Shown: one piece after another, positions 18,507-27,639 of the stretch
Layout: each line of letters begins with the position of its first letter
Numbering within the stretch: position 1 is the stretch's first letter
From: Candidatus Kapaibacterium sp.
GTDB lineage: Bacteria; Bacteroidota; Ignavibacteria; Kapaibacteriales; UBA961
Assembly: GCA_046328995.1 (NCBI GenBank)
Contig: JAXLVN010000001.1
Span: forward strand, 542,593-606,592
DNA: 64,000 bases
Direction: 5' to 3'
Notes under the pieces: model-generated
Databases searched by the model: none
Told to the model about the DNA's origin: nothing
The model's input: only the letters and a program-made list of their open reading frames with translations
Program-made: the position numbers and the translations under genes

Positions 18507-19445
18507 TCACGGCTTCTTCGGCAATGTTTGAAGCATTTTCATGAAATTATCCGGTGGGAAGAACTGTAGTTTATTGTCTTCAATTGTGTACGGAAGGTTT
18601 TCAACTTGCCCTTCATAGTACCAAAATAGATGATTGCTTATTGAACCGGGACCTTCTGCATTCATCCCGTATATTGTTGGAATTAGTTGGTTTATCGCCG
18701 TCACGACTTCTAAATTCTCAATTCGATATAGAACTACAGAATGCCTATGGGGAATGCCGATAAGTGTGCCTTTCGTCCCTATGAGTTTTGGATAGTTGAC
18801 TAAATCAAACACTACATTCGGGGTGAAGAAATGGTCGCCTTGAACGAACCATATTTTAAACGAATTGAATTTTTGGAGTGATATATCGAATTGATATTTG
18901 TTTTTACAATTTTGGAGTCCCACCTCAAACAACTCATCCATCCCCTTCCCCCATTTCTCCGCTTGTTCAGGCCGAACATTGATTACACTATCCGGAAAGT
19001 CGAAAACAAGCATTGCGTAAATGTCTCCTGCATAATCTTTTCCAATGGTTGATTCCTTTCCAATATGAGCAGCATAGTCATTGGGATATAGGCGAACGCC
19101 AATATAGTGCTTGACGCTGTCATAGTCGTGAACGATTGTAGCAAACTCAGCGTCAAACTGATTTGCTCGTACCATCGACTGAAAATGTTCGTACACGAGT
19201 CTTTCGTAGTTTCTTGGTTTATTTTGTTTGCAAACTTGAGCAATGTTTGTCAATCCAAGCATTGAAAATCCGAAATCATTTACACCAACGGTTACCATGC
19301 CATCAGTACATTCGTAGGCAAGATTCTCTTTTTTAAAATATGCATCTACTGCTTGAAGGAAAGATTCATACTCGTTATTGTTAAAGAACGCTGCCCATTC
19401 AGGAACGTCGGTGTTTACTTTATTTTTTTTGAATAATGAAAACAT
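18507..19445 (-). CDS. Hypothetical protein
   Basis: 312-aa ORF with no confident domain. Confidence 0.5.
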   Translation of the reverse strand: MFSLFKKNKVNTDVPEWAAFFNNNEYESFLQAVDAYFKKENLAYECTDGMVTVGVNDFGFSMLGLTNIAQVCKQNKPRNYERLVYEHFQSMVRANQFDAEFATIVHDYDSVKHYIGVRLYPNDYAAHIGKESTIGKDYAGDIYAMLVFDFPDSVINVRPEQAEKWGKGMDELFEVGLQNCKNKYQFDISLQKFNSFKIWFVQGDHFFTPNVVFDLVNYPKLIGTKGTLIGIPHRHSVVLYRIENLEVVTAINQLIPTIYGMNAEGPGSISNHLFWYYEGQVENLPYTIEDNKLQFFPPDNFMKMLQTLPKKP

Positions 19446-19463
19446 AGTTGATTTTGTATGTAG

Positions 19464-19818
19464 TTACTTAAACATAAACGGAATCCATGTATCGTGTATG
19501 CTTTTTCTTTCTGCGCCGGCGCCGAGAGGAAGTTCGTAAAGATCATTGATGGTCTTGTCAATTTTAGTTGCTTCTTCGAGTGAAATCACTTTAGCATTAG
19601 CATCTGTATGATCACTTTGACCGCAAAGGAACTGCCAGGAGCCATCATCCTTGTCGTGAGTAACATACAAAATTTGTCTCTTTTTACGGAATACATGGTC
19701 ACAAACAAAGCACGCAGTATTTCCGGGCTCTTTAAATTTATATACTGACTTTTTTGAATTGTTGTACCCTTGGCCGAATACAGTAACCATACAGCACAAT
19801 GAAATGATGAAGAAAAAT
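19464..19818 (-). pseudogene. 3' part of a small secreted-protein gene interrupted by the IS element
   Basis: The reading frame continues upstream of the track start (TTG 19799) to the IS boundary, where it meets a TGA formed at the junction. It joins in frame with the fragment at 21117..21139. Confidence 0.75.
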
Positions 19819-21116
19819 CACTAGTGTCCACTAAAAATTTAGAGAAAATTGATTTAAGCCAAGTTCTTTGACATCATTAAAATCTGATTTATAAAATAGC
19901 TCATTAATTGGCGTTTTATCTAGTAACGAAATACTTAAAACCTGCAAAACTTCGTATGTTGATTTATTAATCATAAGTTCTTTTTCAATAATAGCAACTA
20001 AGCAATATGATATTATGGCACAATAAATTTGAATTTTAACAGCATTCTCACTATTGCCCCAAAAGGATTTAATTTTTAGATGCTGTTTAATCCATTTAAA
20101 AAATAGTTCAACTTGCCAACGATTTTTATAAAGTAGTGCAATTTGCTCAGCAGTAAGCTCCATATTATTAGATAAATATGAAAACGTTTTGTCACTTTCT
20201 TTATCATAGTAGATAACTTGGCGAATTTCATTAGGATAATCTTTTGACGCATAAAACCCTGTTAGTGTTCCTACTTGATCGCTTATTACTCCTGTGTTCT
20301 CATTGATTTTATTGAGCCGATTACATTTGAATTTAAGGTTTTTTTTAGCTCGAACAACAAAATATGCTGAGTGGTTACAAATCTTATTAAGTCTTTTAAA
20401 ATCAATATATCCACGGTCAAAAACGTAATAAGCACCATACTCATAAGGAATAACATCCATTGCATTCATATCATTAACAGAGGCTTCAGTTATATGAATA
20501 AAAGCTGGTATTTGAGTACAAATGTCATAGAGTGTATGAATCTTGATCCCGGCTTTAAATTTGCGAAATTTTGCCCACCAAAATACGCTCAGACATAAAT
20601 CAATTGTAGTAGAATCGAAAGCATAGACTTTACCTTGAATCTCAAAGTCACTATTGGCTCTCTTGTTACGTGCAATGTCAATCATATAATAAGCATATTC
20701 TTCGAAAATTTTGTTGTTTCGATTTTCGTTTGCTTTAGATAGATTACTTCTGGTACTATTCTTACCAAAACCTAAGTGATACCTTTTTCGATAATGAGCT
20801 TCAAAAGCTATAATCAAATCGCGTAAACTATCGCGACGTGTGAGTTGCCCAAACATCATAGCAAGCAAATGATTCCAGCAAGTGAAATGCTTTACATACT
20901 TATTGCCTTCATATTTCGTGACAATACTGTCGAAAACTCGTTGCGGCAAAAAGTCAACAAGTTGCGAAAAAACATATTTTCCTGTATTCATTTCTGAAAT
21001 CTAATGATTTCAGATTAAATATTAAATTCAAATCGTCACGTAAATATTTTTGACGTAAACTTCAGATTTATAAATGATTTCAAAGAACTATATTTTTGTT
21101 TTAGTGGACACTAGTG
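19819..21116 (-). mobile_element. IS4-family insertion sequence (1298 bp)
   Basis: Perfect 18-bp terminal inverted repeats: CACTAGTGTCCACTAAAA (19819-19836) and TTTTAGTGGACACTAGTG (21099-21116). A 9-bp direct target duplication AAGAAAAAT lies at 19810-19818 and 21117-21125. Confidence 0.9.
19831..20991 (-). CDS. IS4-family DDE transposase
   Basis: 386 aa. The N-terminus MNTGKYVFSQLVDFLPQRVFDSIV..FTCWNHLLAMMFGQL is typical of the DUF4372 + DDE_Tnp_1 transposases of Bacteroidota. Confidence 0.85.
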   Translation of the reverse strand: MNTGKYVFSQLVDFLPQRVFDSIVTKYEGNKYVKHFTCWNHLLAMMFGQLTRRDSLRDLIIAFEAHYRKRYHLGFGKNSTRSNLSKANENRNNKIFEEYAYYMIDIARNKRANSDFEIQGKVYAFDSTTIDLCLSVFWWAKFRKFKAGIKIHTLYDICTQIPAFIHITEASVNDMNAMDVIPYEYGAYYVFDRGYIDFKRLNKICNHSAYFVVRAKKNLKFKCNRLNKINENTGVISDQVGTLTGFYASKDYPNEIRQVIYYDKESDKTFSYLSNNMELTAEQIALLYKNRWQVELFFKWIKQHLKIKSFWGNSENAVKIQIYCAIISYCLVAIIEKELMINKSTYEVLQVLSISLLDKTPINELFYKSDFNDVKELGLNQFSLNF

Positions 21117-21139
21117 AAGAAAAATAGTAGTTTGTTCAT
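21117..21139 (-). pseudogene. 5' fragment (start codon and first signal-peptide codons) of the IS-disrupted gene
   Basis: ATG at 21139. After removing the IS and one TSD copy, the ORF reads MNKLLFFFIISLCCMVTVFGQGYNN..., 123 codons in frame (355+23-9 = 369 nt). Confidence 0.75.
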
Positions 21140-21220
21140 TGTTGAATTCCTATGAATGTTCGTTCTTAGTCGAAACTACACTTGAATTGCAAGTATTTCC
21201 TAATATACCTTCCTGACTGC

Positions 21221-22915
21221 TTACGGATTTGATTGAATAAAAGCACTTTTCCAAATCCCTTTGGCAATTCTCGCCATTTTATCTTGCCGAAGAGCGATCA
21301 CTTCAGGATCGAATTTTTCATAATCGCAATAGGTATTGCTGAGTGTATAGGTTGACGTTTTATATGCTTGTACTTTTTCATCATACCGCATTTCATTGTG
21401 CAGCTTTTTATTGATACTTGCTTCCAGTAAAGTGTAGTTTCCCAAGCGGTAGATATAGTCTTCCTGCAATGTCATCGGGAAATGCTCACTCCAAACATCG
21501 CCGGGATTTTCGGGTAAGATATGCTCAATCGTAGCAATTGCTTCTTCGGGTTGATAATCGGTGCCTGCTATCTGGTTTTCGAGTTTAATTATGATATACT
21601 TTACTAACTCTTTCTTCCTTTTTGTATTCACACTTACAGTCGAAAATGCCTGTTCGAAATTATCATCCGGCACATAGATATTTTTCAGAGCCAGTACTGC
21701 ATCTTTTGCCGTCTTGATGGAGGAATTAGCGATATCATTGGCTACTTTACTAAACACCCTCTCGGCTTCATTAGGATTCAGGTCGCTGATATTATAGCGA
21801 AAAACTATGACAGCCAATTCGCGTAACAGGATTTTGAATTCAGTCCTCGGTAAATACGTAATTGCCGAAATCATCAACGAAAAACATGTCGTTACGGTAA
21901 GAATATCTATCACTTTCAAATGCTTAGTTTCTTCTTTGTCCCAAAGTTCATCATGAGGATTGGTAAAAGCGGTATAATACGGGCTAATCTTTTCCAAAGA
22001 ATCCAAGAATTCGAATGCTTGTTGTGGAGTGTGTATTTCACGTTTGATAGCCTTAAACAACCCTTGTTGTCTTTCCTGCTTATATCTACTATTCCAATAA
22101 TGTCGTATAAAGGTAGTTAAATCATGGGTTTTGATGGTATCATTGATATTTTGCCATCTACGTTCGGCTTCTTCTAAATCGATTGCACCCAACTGATGAG
22201 TAAAATTAAACAAGTAATTTTTTAACAGGTCGGCGGTCGAAAGCTTCACTCCCCGAGCGTTGAGCGTTTCGAATACTTTAAATGCATCGAGATCATTACT
22301 GACTATTATCTGAGTAAACACAATTCCATTACCGACAATTTTTTCTAGAAAATCTGAGACTTCAGCACCAGATTTATTTTCTTTAAATCTTGCTTGTACC
22401 TGATCATAATAATAATTAAATGCTTTTTGTAATAATCGTTGAGAAGGTTTAAGTTTTGCAATCGCTGACGGTGATCGATAATTCAACAACCAACTTTTGT
22501 AGTAATCATCGTTATTTCTGTTTAATGTAATTTTAGGACTGATGGTTAGCTTCGACAGTGAATAATTGCCTATATATCTCTCGGTAAGTTTCTCTTTTCT
22601 AATAGTATTATCATTAGTATCAATGCCAACTTTCGACCAATTATCCAATAGCGCTATCACTGCAAGCGCCAATATTGACAACGTCGTTAAGCGCTGCTGC
22701 CCATCAATTACCCAAAATGATTCTTCTCTTCCATCAACCGTGGGTTGTAACACCAAATATCCGAGATAATGCGTTTTGTCGTTGGGAATTTCCTGTATGT
22801 CATTCCATAGATCCTCCCAGTCATCCCTATCCCAAGAATAGTCTCGTTGAAAGATAGGTACTTGATAGGACTTGCCATTACCGATAATTGTATTGAATGT
22901 AATAAATTGTGACAT
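21221..22915 (-). CDS. GmrSD-family DUF262/DUF1524 protein (putative type IV modification-dependent restriction nuclease)
   Basis: 564 aa. The N-terminal part has YQVPIFQRDYSWDRDDWEDLWNDI and VIDGQQRLTTLSIL (DUF262/ParB-like). The C-terminal part has IEHILPENPG...YRLGNYTLLEASINKKLHN (DUF1524 His-Me finger). Confidence 0.8.
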   Translation of the reverse strand: MSQFITFNTIIGNGKSYQVPIFQRDYSWDRDDWEDLWNDIQEIPNDKTHYLGYLVLQPTVDGREESFWVIDGQQRLTTLSILALAVIALLDNWSKVGIDTNDNTIRKEKLTERYIGNYSLSKLTISPKITLNRNNDDYYKSWLLNYRSPSAIAKLKPSQRLLQKAFNYYYDQVQARFKENKSGAEVSDFLEKIVGNGIVFTQIIVSNDLDAFKVFETLNARGVKLSTADLLKNYLFNFTHQLGAIDLEEAERRWQNINDTIKTHDLTTFIRHYWNSRYKQERQQGLFKAIKREIHTPQQAFEFLDSLEKISPYYTAFTNPHDELWDKEETKHLKVIDILTVTTCFSLMISAITYLPRTEFKILLRELAVIVFRYNISDLNPNEAERVFSKVANDIANSSIKTAKDAVLALKNIYVPDDNFEQAFSTVSVNTKRKKELVKYIIIKLENQIAGTDYQPEEAIATIEHILPENPGDVWSEHFPMTLQEDYIYRLGNYTLLEASINKKLHNEMRYDEKVQAYKTSTYTLSNTYCDYEKFDPEVIALRQDKMARIAKGIWKSAFIQSNP

Positions 22916-23072
22916 GTTTTATCGTTGTCCTTTCGGTTGTATAGTAAAGTAATACTACTTTATACAATTTTATTTTATTGTCCCGCTACTTTTGAGCATT
23001 CGATTCACAGGCGAGTATTTCCGTGCTATTGCTGAGGCAGTACAGAACAGGAATGCCTTGATATATACCATC

Positions 23073-23519
23073 TTATCCAATAGCCCGACCAACAACATGC
23101 CACCCCGCAAACGGTTTTACCGTTCCACAAGTAGGTCCATTGTCTTTTCCGGTGCCATGCACTCTTGCTACTAGCATGAGTGAACTAGTAGTGGATAATG
23201 CCCGGATAGTATCCCAATCAATCCCGATTAAAGGAATTTTCATTCTGCGACTCCAGTGGGTGTGTTGACCGGCGCTAGCACCGATATCAATATACACAAA
23301 ACGTTGATTCGTCGGACCTTGAACGAAGGCACCCAGAAAGTTGGGAAGTCCATCTTTTGCAGGCTTTACCGTAATTGTGAACTCAAACTCGAGATTTTTA
23401 TCACCCGAACGCTGAATTTGAATGGTATCGTAGGTGTTCCCACTTCCCTTCTGTAATCCAAAGTCGATGCCGGCTGGTGCATGTTCTATTATAATTTTTA
23501 GGGGTATTTCTTGCGTCAT
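23073..23519 (-). CDS. Hypothetical protein (DUF5990-like)
   Basis: 148 aa from the ATG at 23519 (MTQEIPLKIIIEHAP..). The pattern GIDFGLQKG...FVQGP..QRFVYIDIG...W.RRMKIPL recalls DUF5990. From memory only. Confidence 0.35.
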   Translation of the reverse strand: MTQEIPLKIIIEHAPAGIDFGLQKGSGNTYDTIQIQRSGDKNLEFEFTITVKPAKDGLPNFLGAFVQGPTNQRFVYIDIGASAGQHTHWSRRMKIPLIGIDWDTIRALSTTSSLMLVARVHGTGKDNGPTCGTVKPFAGWHVVGRAIG

Positions 23520-23635
23520 GATGGTTTGGGAATTAATAAGAAATGCTTGTAATCCTATAGCCAATAGATCTACAGCGTGGAGCTTTATCAGATACTTAGT
23601 TCAAAAGTTGCATGTGTTGCTTTTTCAAGTGTATT

Positions 23636-24562
23636 TTATTTAGTCCATTTTTGATTTTCTCGTAATTCAAACAACAACTGATATATTCTGTCAAGCCCAA
23701 ATGTTCCAATTAAGCCATAATCGCTTATTGATTTTACCTTACCATTGTCATATGTAATTGTTAATATTGAAGATTGGTCGTCAGTCCAATTCACTGCATA
23801 CCTATCTTTAAGAGTTTCGAAATCTATATAATTCAACAAGTTTGTTAATTCTTCAAATTTGTCCTGAGCTATCACTGTTTGAAATTTTCCTTTCCATTCC
23901 TGTTTATCAATATCGTTATACTCTACCGCATCCCATTTTGCAGTTTTGTCTGAATTGATTGATAATTTGAATATTGGGCAAGTTCCATAACAACCGGTGG
24001 TTGCATATTCAATTTTCTCAATCTTATGATTCGATGGTGTTTGATTTTCTTCAATGAAGTCGCCAAATTTATAGATCAGAGTTATCTTTATTAGTTTTCT
24101 TGGCACATTCCATTTCCCTGATTCTGGCTCACCTTCGTAATAATAGGTAATAGCATGCTTTTCAACAATTGGGAACGTACAATCCTGAAAACTTCTTCTC
24201 GTGATGCGCTTGATTTCATATTTCCCCTGTTTGTCTAATATGCACAGAACAGAATGGTCATACCATTTACCAACGACTAATATATCAGTCAATCCATTAT
24301 TGTCAAAATCCGCTTTTGTCCAAGGTAGAACTTTTAGACTGTCACTCAACTTTTGACATTTTTTATCCCTAAATTGCAGTTTGTCTTTGAGTTTGAACTC
24401 TTTGTAACTACTATCAATTGTTAACAGTAAGTCTGTAATTTGTTTTGCGTTCTGAATACTGTCAATGTAATTAGTTTTACTTGAAACACTATTTTCAGTT
24501 TGTGCATAACTTGAATGAATTAGTGTCATGAAGATTATTAATTGAAAAATAGCTTTGATCAT
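23636..24562 (-). CDS. Secreted protein with a DUF6438-like C-terminal region
   Basis: 308 aa from the ATG at 24562 (MIKAIFQLIIFMTLIHSSYAQ signal peptide). Has an FDNNGLTDILVVG FG-GAP-like segment and a GCYGTCPIFKLSINSDKTAKW motif. Confidence 0.5.
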   Translation of the reverse strand: MIKAIFQLIIFMTLIHSSYAQTENSVSSKTNYIDSIQNAKQITDLLLTIDSSYKEFKLKDKLQFRDKKCQKLSDSLKVLPWTKADFDNNGLTDILVVGKWYDHSVLCILDKQGKYEIKRITRRSFQDCTFPIVEKHAITYYYEGEPESGKWNVPRKLIKITLIYKFGDFIEENQTPSNHKIEKIEYATTGCYGTCPIFKLSINSDKTAKWDAVEYNDIDKQEWKGKFQTVIAQDKFEELTNLLNYIDFETLKDRYAVNWTDDQSSILTITYDNGKVKSISDYGLIGTFGLDRIYQLLFELRENQKWTK

Positions 24563-24646
24563 ATTCTTATTCAATTCAATTGGTGGATAAAATTTTGACT
24601 TTTGTGGTTTGGTAACCGTTGTTCCGAAAGTCACCGACAAAACTAA

Positions 24647-24775
24647 ATATTTTTCCGTCTTATCATTTTTATACAGACTGTAAATACTTGCAGCTGAAAC
24701 GGTTGCACGTTGAAAAGCAGTACTTATTATAGGTCAGTGTTGACGGGTAGTTCTATGAACTGCCCGGATTCTAAA
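24647..24775. repeat. Cassette-junction repeat, copy B
   Basis: CTGTAAATACTTGCAGCTGAAACGGTTGCACGTTGAAAAG...ATAGGTCAGTGTTGACGGGTAGTTCTATGAACTGCCCGGATTCTAAAT. Confidence 0.8.
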
Positions 24776-24954
24776 TTTAACAAAGCGATAGCTTGTTCTT
24801 TAGTCACGGTTGGAAAGTCTTCGAGAAAGGAGTCCAAAGAAATGCCCGCCTCAAGATGATCAAATTAGGATTCTACAGGCACACGTGTTCCTTTAAAAAC
24901 AGTTTGCCCGCCAAGTATGTCATTGTCGATTGTGATTAGTTCTTTAATATCCAT
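24727..24954 (-). pseudogene. DUF433-family (antitoxin-like) gene with an in-frame TAA
   Basis: Below the track size cut-off. Reads MDIKELITIDNDILGGQTVFKGTRVPVES*FDHLEAGISLDSFLEDFPTVTKEQAIALLNLESGQFIELPVNTDL*. The internal TAA is at 24865-24867. The last ~16 codons lie inside repeat copy B. Confidence 0.7.
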
Positions 24955-25004
24955 GGCTTAAATTTACGAAATAATATTCAATAGTAATGTGCTCTAAAAT
25001 TTGC

Positions 25005-25125
25005 ACATGTTCCGTTTTATAACTGATTGCAATCGCATAACACGTAAACGTATTCAGGTTGAAAGAGCAGCATGTTTATAGGTTATTGTTGCCGGGCAGT
25101 ACAAAAACTGCCCGGACAGGATTTA
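25005..25125. repeat. Cassette-junction repeat, copy C
   Basis: Divergent left half. Has a perfect 9-bp hairpin: CCGGGCAGT (25092-25100), loop ACAAAA, ACTGCCCGG (25107-25115). Confidence 0.75.
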
Positions 25126-25150
25126 AAACCGTTCTCCTTCCAAAACCATA

Positions 25151-25609
25151 TTAATCTTCACAAATTTCTTTTAACGTATCAAGTGCCTTCGGATAGGTCT
25201 CGTTCATAAAATCCACAAAATCGTCGGTGGTATCCAAGTCAACAGTCACCAAAGTACTTCCATCATGTTCTTCAAACGTATAATTTTCAAATCCGTTTGC
25301 CCATTTTTCCACTGCAGGTCCTTCCGTGATTTCTTCATTTCCCTGTACCATTCCGTAATGGCGAATTGAAATAAATCGGTTGGGAATATTCTCAGCAATC
25401 TCTGAAACCATTCCACCTTTTTCTCCCTTTTCATCGGTGCCGACGAAGAGCATTTTGCTGCCTTTATCCCAACTGCCCTCATAAGTCGATGTAGGATTGA
25501 AGGCCGCAGTCCATCGCTTATACGTTGATTTGGAGGTAATACCCAACATTACATCATAGACGTTGCTTGCAGGCGCACTGATTTGAATCGTGTATTGTAT
25601 TTTTTTCAT
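25151..25609 (-). CDS. SRPBCC/AHSA1-family protein
   Basis: 152 aa. MKKIQYTIQISAPASNVYDVMLG... and the overall pattern are typical of Activator-of-Hsp90-ATPase-like SRPBCC proteins. Confidence 0.75.
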   Translation of the reverse strand: MKKIQYTIQISAPASNVYDVMLGITSKSTYKRWTAAFNPTSTYEGSWDKGSKMLFVGTDEKGEKGGMVSEIAENIPNRFISIRHYGMVQGNEEITEGPAVEKWANGFENYTFEEHDGSTLVTVDLDTTDDFVDFMNETYPKALDTLKEICED

Positions 25610-25645
25610 GGTTATAACCTTTATGTTTAGTACACAGTTAAACAG

Positions 25646-26008
25646 TTACTTTCGTAGAATTTTTTCCATTTTCCTACCCTTCGCCAATTCATCCACTAAT
25701 TTGTCGAGATATCGAACGTGCTTTGTTAGTTGATTTTCAATGTCTTCTATTCGATAACCACAAATCATTCCGGTAATCATCGCTGCGTTTGAGTGTAATG
25801 ATGCCTCCTCAAAAAATACTTCAAACGTTGCCTTCCTATCAATCAGCTCCTGAATTCGCTTGTCGTCATAACCTGTCAACCACTCAATGACTTGATGTAA
25901 TTCTTCAATCGTTCTGCCTTTCTTCTCCACTTTTGTCACATAATGTGGATAGACAGACGCAAACGTCATTGTTGCCATGCGTCGGTTATGTTCAGGCGTA
26001 ACGTTCAT
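25646..26008 (-). CDS. DUF2200 family protein
   Basis: 120 aa. MTFASVYPHYVTKVEKKGRTIEELHQVIEWLTGYDD is the DUF2200 signature. Confidence 0.8.
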   Translation of the reverse strand: MNVTPEHNRRMATMTFASVYPHYVTKVEKKGRTIEELHQVIEWLTGYDDKRIQELIDRKATFEVFFEEASLHSNAAMITGMICGYRIEDIENQLTKHVRYLDKLVDELAKGRKMEKILRK

Positions 26009-26017
26009 AGTTTAGTT

Positions 26018-26252
26018 TAGGGTTTCCGCATCAAATTTTTAAGGGGAAATAATCCATTTCTTTAGCCCTAGAAGGGCGAAATAGTAATAGAACACGTACA
26101 TCCTATTATTCAAGAAGCTCCATCGGATCGATACAGGTGGTGGATTGGTCGTATTTATTTCGCTCCTATGGAGCTTTATTTCTACGAATTGTCCATTTTC
26201 TATTACGATTTCGCTCCTATGGAGCTATTAGAATTGTGATGCGGAAACCCTA
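26018..26252. mobile_element. 235-bp MITE with perfect 16-bp terminal inverted repeats and a 10-bp target-site duplication
   Basis: TIRs are TAGGGTTTCCGCATCA (26018-26033) and TGATGCGGAAACCCTA (26237-26252). Flanking direct repeats TAGTTTAGTT lie at 26008-26017 and 26253-26262. The interior is self-complementary, with two copies of TTTCGCTCCTATGGAGCT. Confidence 0.85.
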
Positions 26253-26256
26253 TAGT

Positions 26257-26664
26257 TTAGTTGGATTCTGTATATTTCTTAAAATTATCCAGAATCGCCT
26301 GCCAACCTTGTCTTTGAAGATCGACAGAGTGTACCGTTTCAGGGTCGAAGGTTACTGTTACCTGCGTCTTTCCTTCATGTTCGCTAAACTCTACGGATGC
26401 GGCACGTTCGCCAAATACATACCTAAAGCTTTGTCCTTCATTGATTTCAGAATACGTAGCGTCAAAGTCAAAGCCAAAACTCCCGTCTTTAGCTTCCATT
26501 CTCGCGACATATCTTCCACCCACTTTTAAATCGTTTGAGGCAGTCGGACAGCACCAATCATCACTTGCAAAATTCCATTTTGTGATATGCTCAGGCAATG
26601 TATAATAGTCCCACACTTTTTGTTTGTCCGCTGTGATTGTTGCTTGTACTGTTATCCTATCCAT
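26257..26664 (-). CDS. SRPBCC/AHSA1-family protein
   Basis: 135 aa. ITVQATITADKQKVWDYYTLPEHITKWNFASDDWCCP...GGRYVARMEAKDGSFGFDF is typical of the YndB/AHSA1-like SRPBCC family. Confidence 0.8.
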   Translation of the reverse strand: MDRITVQATITADKQKVWDYYTLPEHITKWNFASDDWCCPTASNDLKVGGRYVARMEAKDGSFGFDFDATYSEINEGQSFRYVFGERAASVEFSEHEGKTQVTVTFDPETVHSVDLQRQGWQAILDNFKKYTESN

Positions 26665-26698
26665 TGTAGTTGTGATTTGTTGATAAATGATAGTTTTT

Positions 26699-26842
26699 AG
26701 TATTTCCTTGTCATTTTACGTCTGCTTAGTTATTCAAACCGACCGTAAATACTTACTGATGAAACGGTTGTATGTTGAAAGTAAAGTACGATTCAATGGT
26801 ATATGTTGACGGGTTGTATTAAGTCTGCCAGAATCGAATTTA
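26699..26842. repeat. Cassette-junction repeat, copy D
   Basis: CCGTAAATACTTACTGATGAAACGGTTGTATGTTGAAAG...TATGTTGACGGGTTGTATTAAGTCTGCC. The distal hairpin is degenerate. The repeat abuts the stop codon of 26843..27628. Confidence 0.75.
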
Positions 26843-27628
26843 TCAAGTATCTGTCGGTGTCTCGTCCCAATTGTTATTACGCGCGAATCCACATAACCAA
26901 TTTAAAGCAAAATGTCTTTCAATTATTATTGAAGTTGCTTCCAGAAAATCATCTGCGCCTAAATCACGAAATGGTATTCCTTTCAAAACAAAATCCTGAT
27001 CCATTATTTCTTTAATATCACCATTTTCATACGCTGATTTTGCTGCCATTTTAACTATATCATCCAAGCTGTTTATTCCAGCTTTTTTCATATTCTCATC
27101 CGGTTCAAACTTATAATTATTTTGAATCAGCCTGCGAGTGTTTACTCTCCAATGCCATGCCTCAATAATGTCTCTCATTTTACTGATCTCATTATAAGGT
27201 CTCAGTTTCAAGTCACTGAAGAATAGACCAATCCTCTTTATTGGTATCTTTTGCAATCTTTCAGGATTTGCTTGTTCGTTTAAATCCGGAAAGTGGTTTT
27301 CTATGTTTAAAGCCCACATAAGAACTACAGCAGCTTCCATTCTCCAGGTAGCATTCATTTGTGATGTACCATCAATATTTGAACCATAGGTGGAAAGAAA
27401 GTCTTTCTCAGATTGTGTTGTGTATTTCCATAATCCGAAATCCTTTATTGATGATACTGTTTCCTCCATATTTTTTTGAAGTACGTTCTCATAATCTTCT
27501 TTATCGGCTACGGTCCAGTTTACAGTGTTTTGTTTCATCACATCAACCGGAACGTTTCGATAAGAATGTGAGATTACATACTTAAGAACCATTAATCTTC
27601 TATAAACATCTTTTGAGCTTGGTTTCAT
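26843..27628 (-). CDS. Hypothetical protein (possibly DUF4272-like)
   Basis: 261 aa from the ATG at 27628 (MKPSSKDVYRRLM). ATWRMEAAVVLMWAL resembles the DUF4272 core as I recall it. Confidence 0.4.
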   Translation of the reverse strand: MKPSSKDVYRRLMVLKYVISHSYRNVPVDVMKQNTVNWTVADKEDYENVLQKNMEETVSSIKDFGLWKYTTQSEKDFLSTYGSNIDGTSQMNATWRMEAAVVLMWALNIENHFPDLNEQANPERLQKIPIKRIGLFFSDLKLRPYNEISKMRDIIEAWHWRVNTRRLIQNNYKFEPDENMKKAGINSLDDIVKMAAKSAYENGDIKEIMDQDFVLKGIPFRDLGADDFLEATSIIIERHFALNWLCGFARNNNWDETPTDT

Positions 27629-27639
27629 TAATGTATCTC

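Noticed and set aside
24636-24643. A Bacteroidota-type -7 promoter box (TAGTTTTG on the minus strand) at the edge of repeat copy B, as evidence that each repeat carries a promoter
   Set aside because: The motif is present only next to copy B. The equivalent positions of copies G, H and E lack TAnnTTTG, so a repeat-borne promoter is not supported.
26137-26529. 130-aa plus-strand ORF
   Set aside because: It starts inside the MITE (translating its LRSYGA repeat twice) and continues antisense through the SRPBCC gene.
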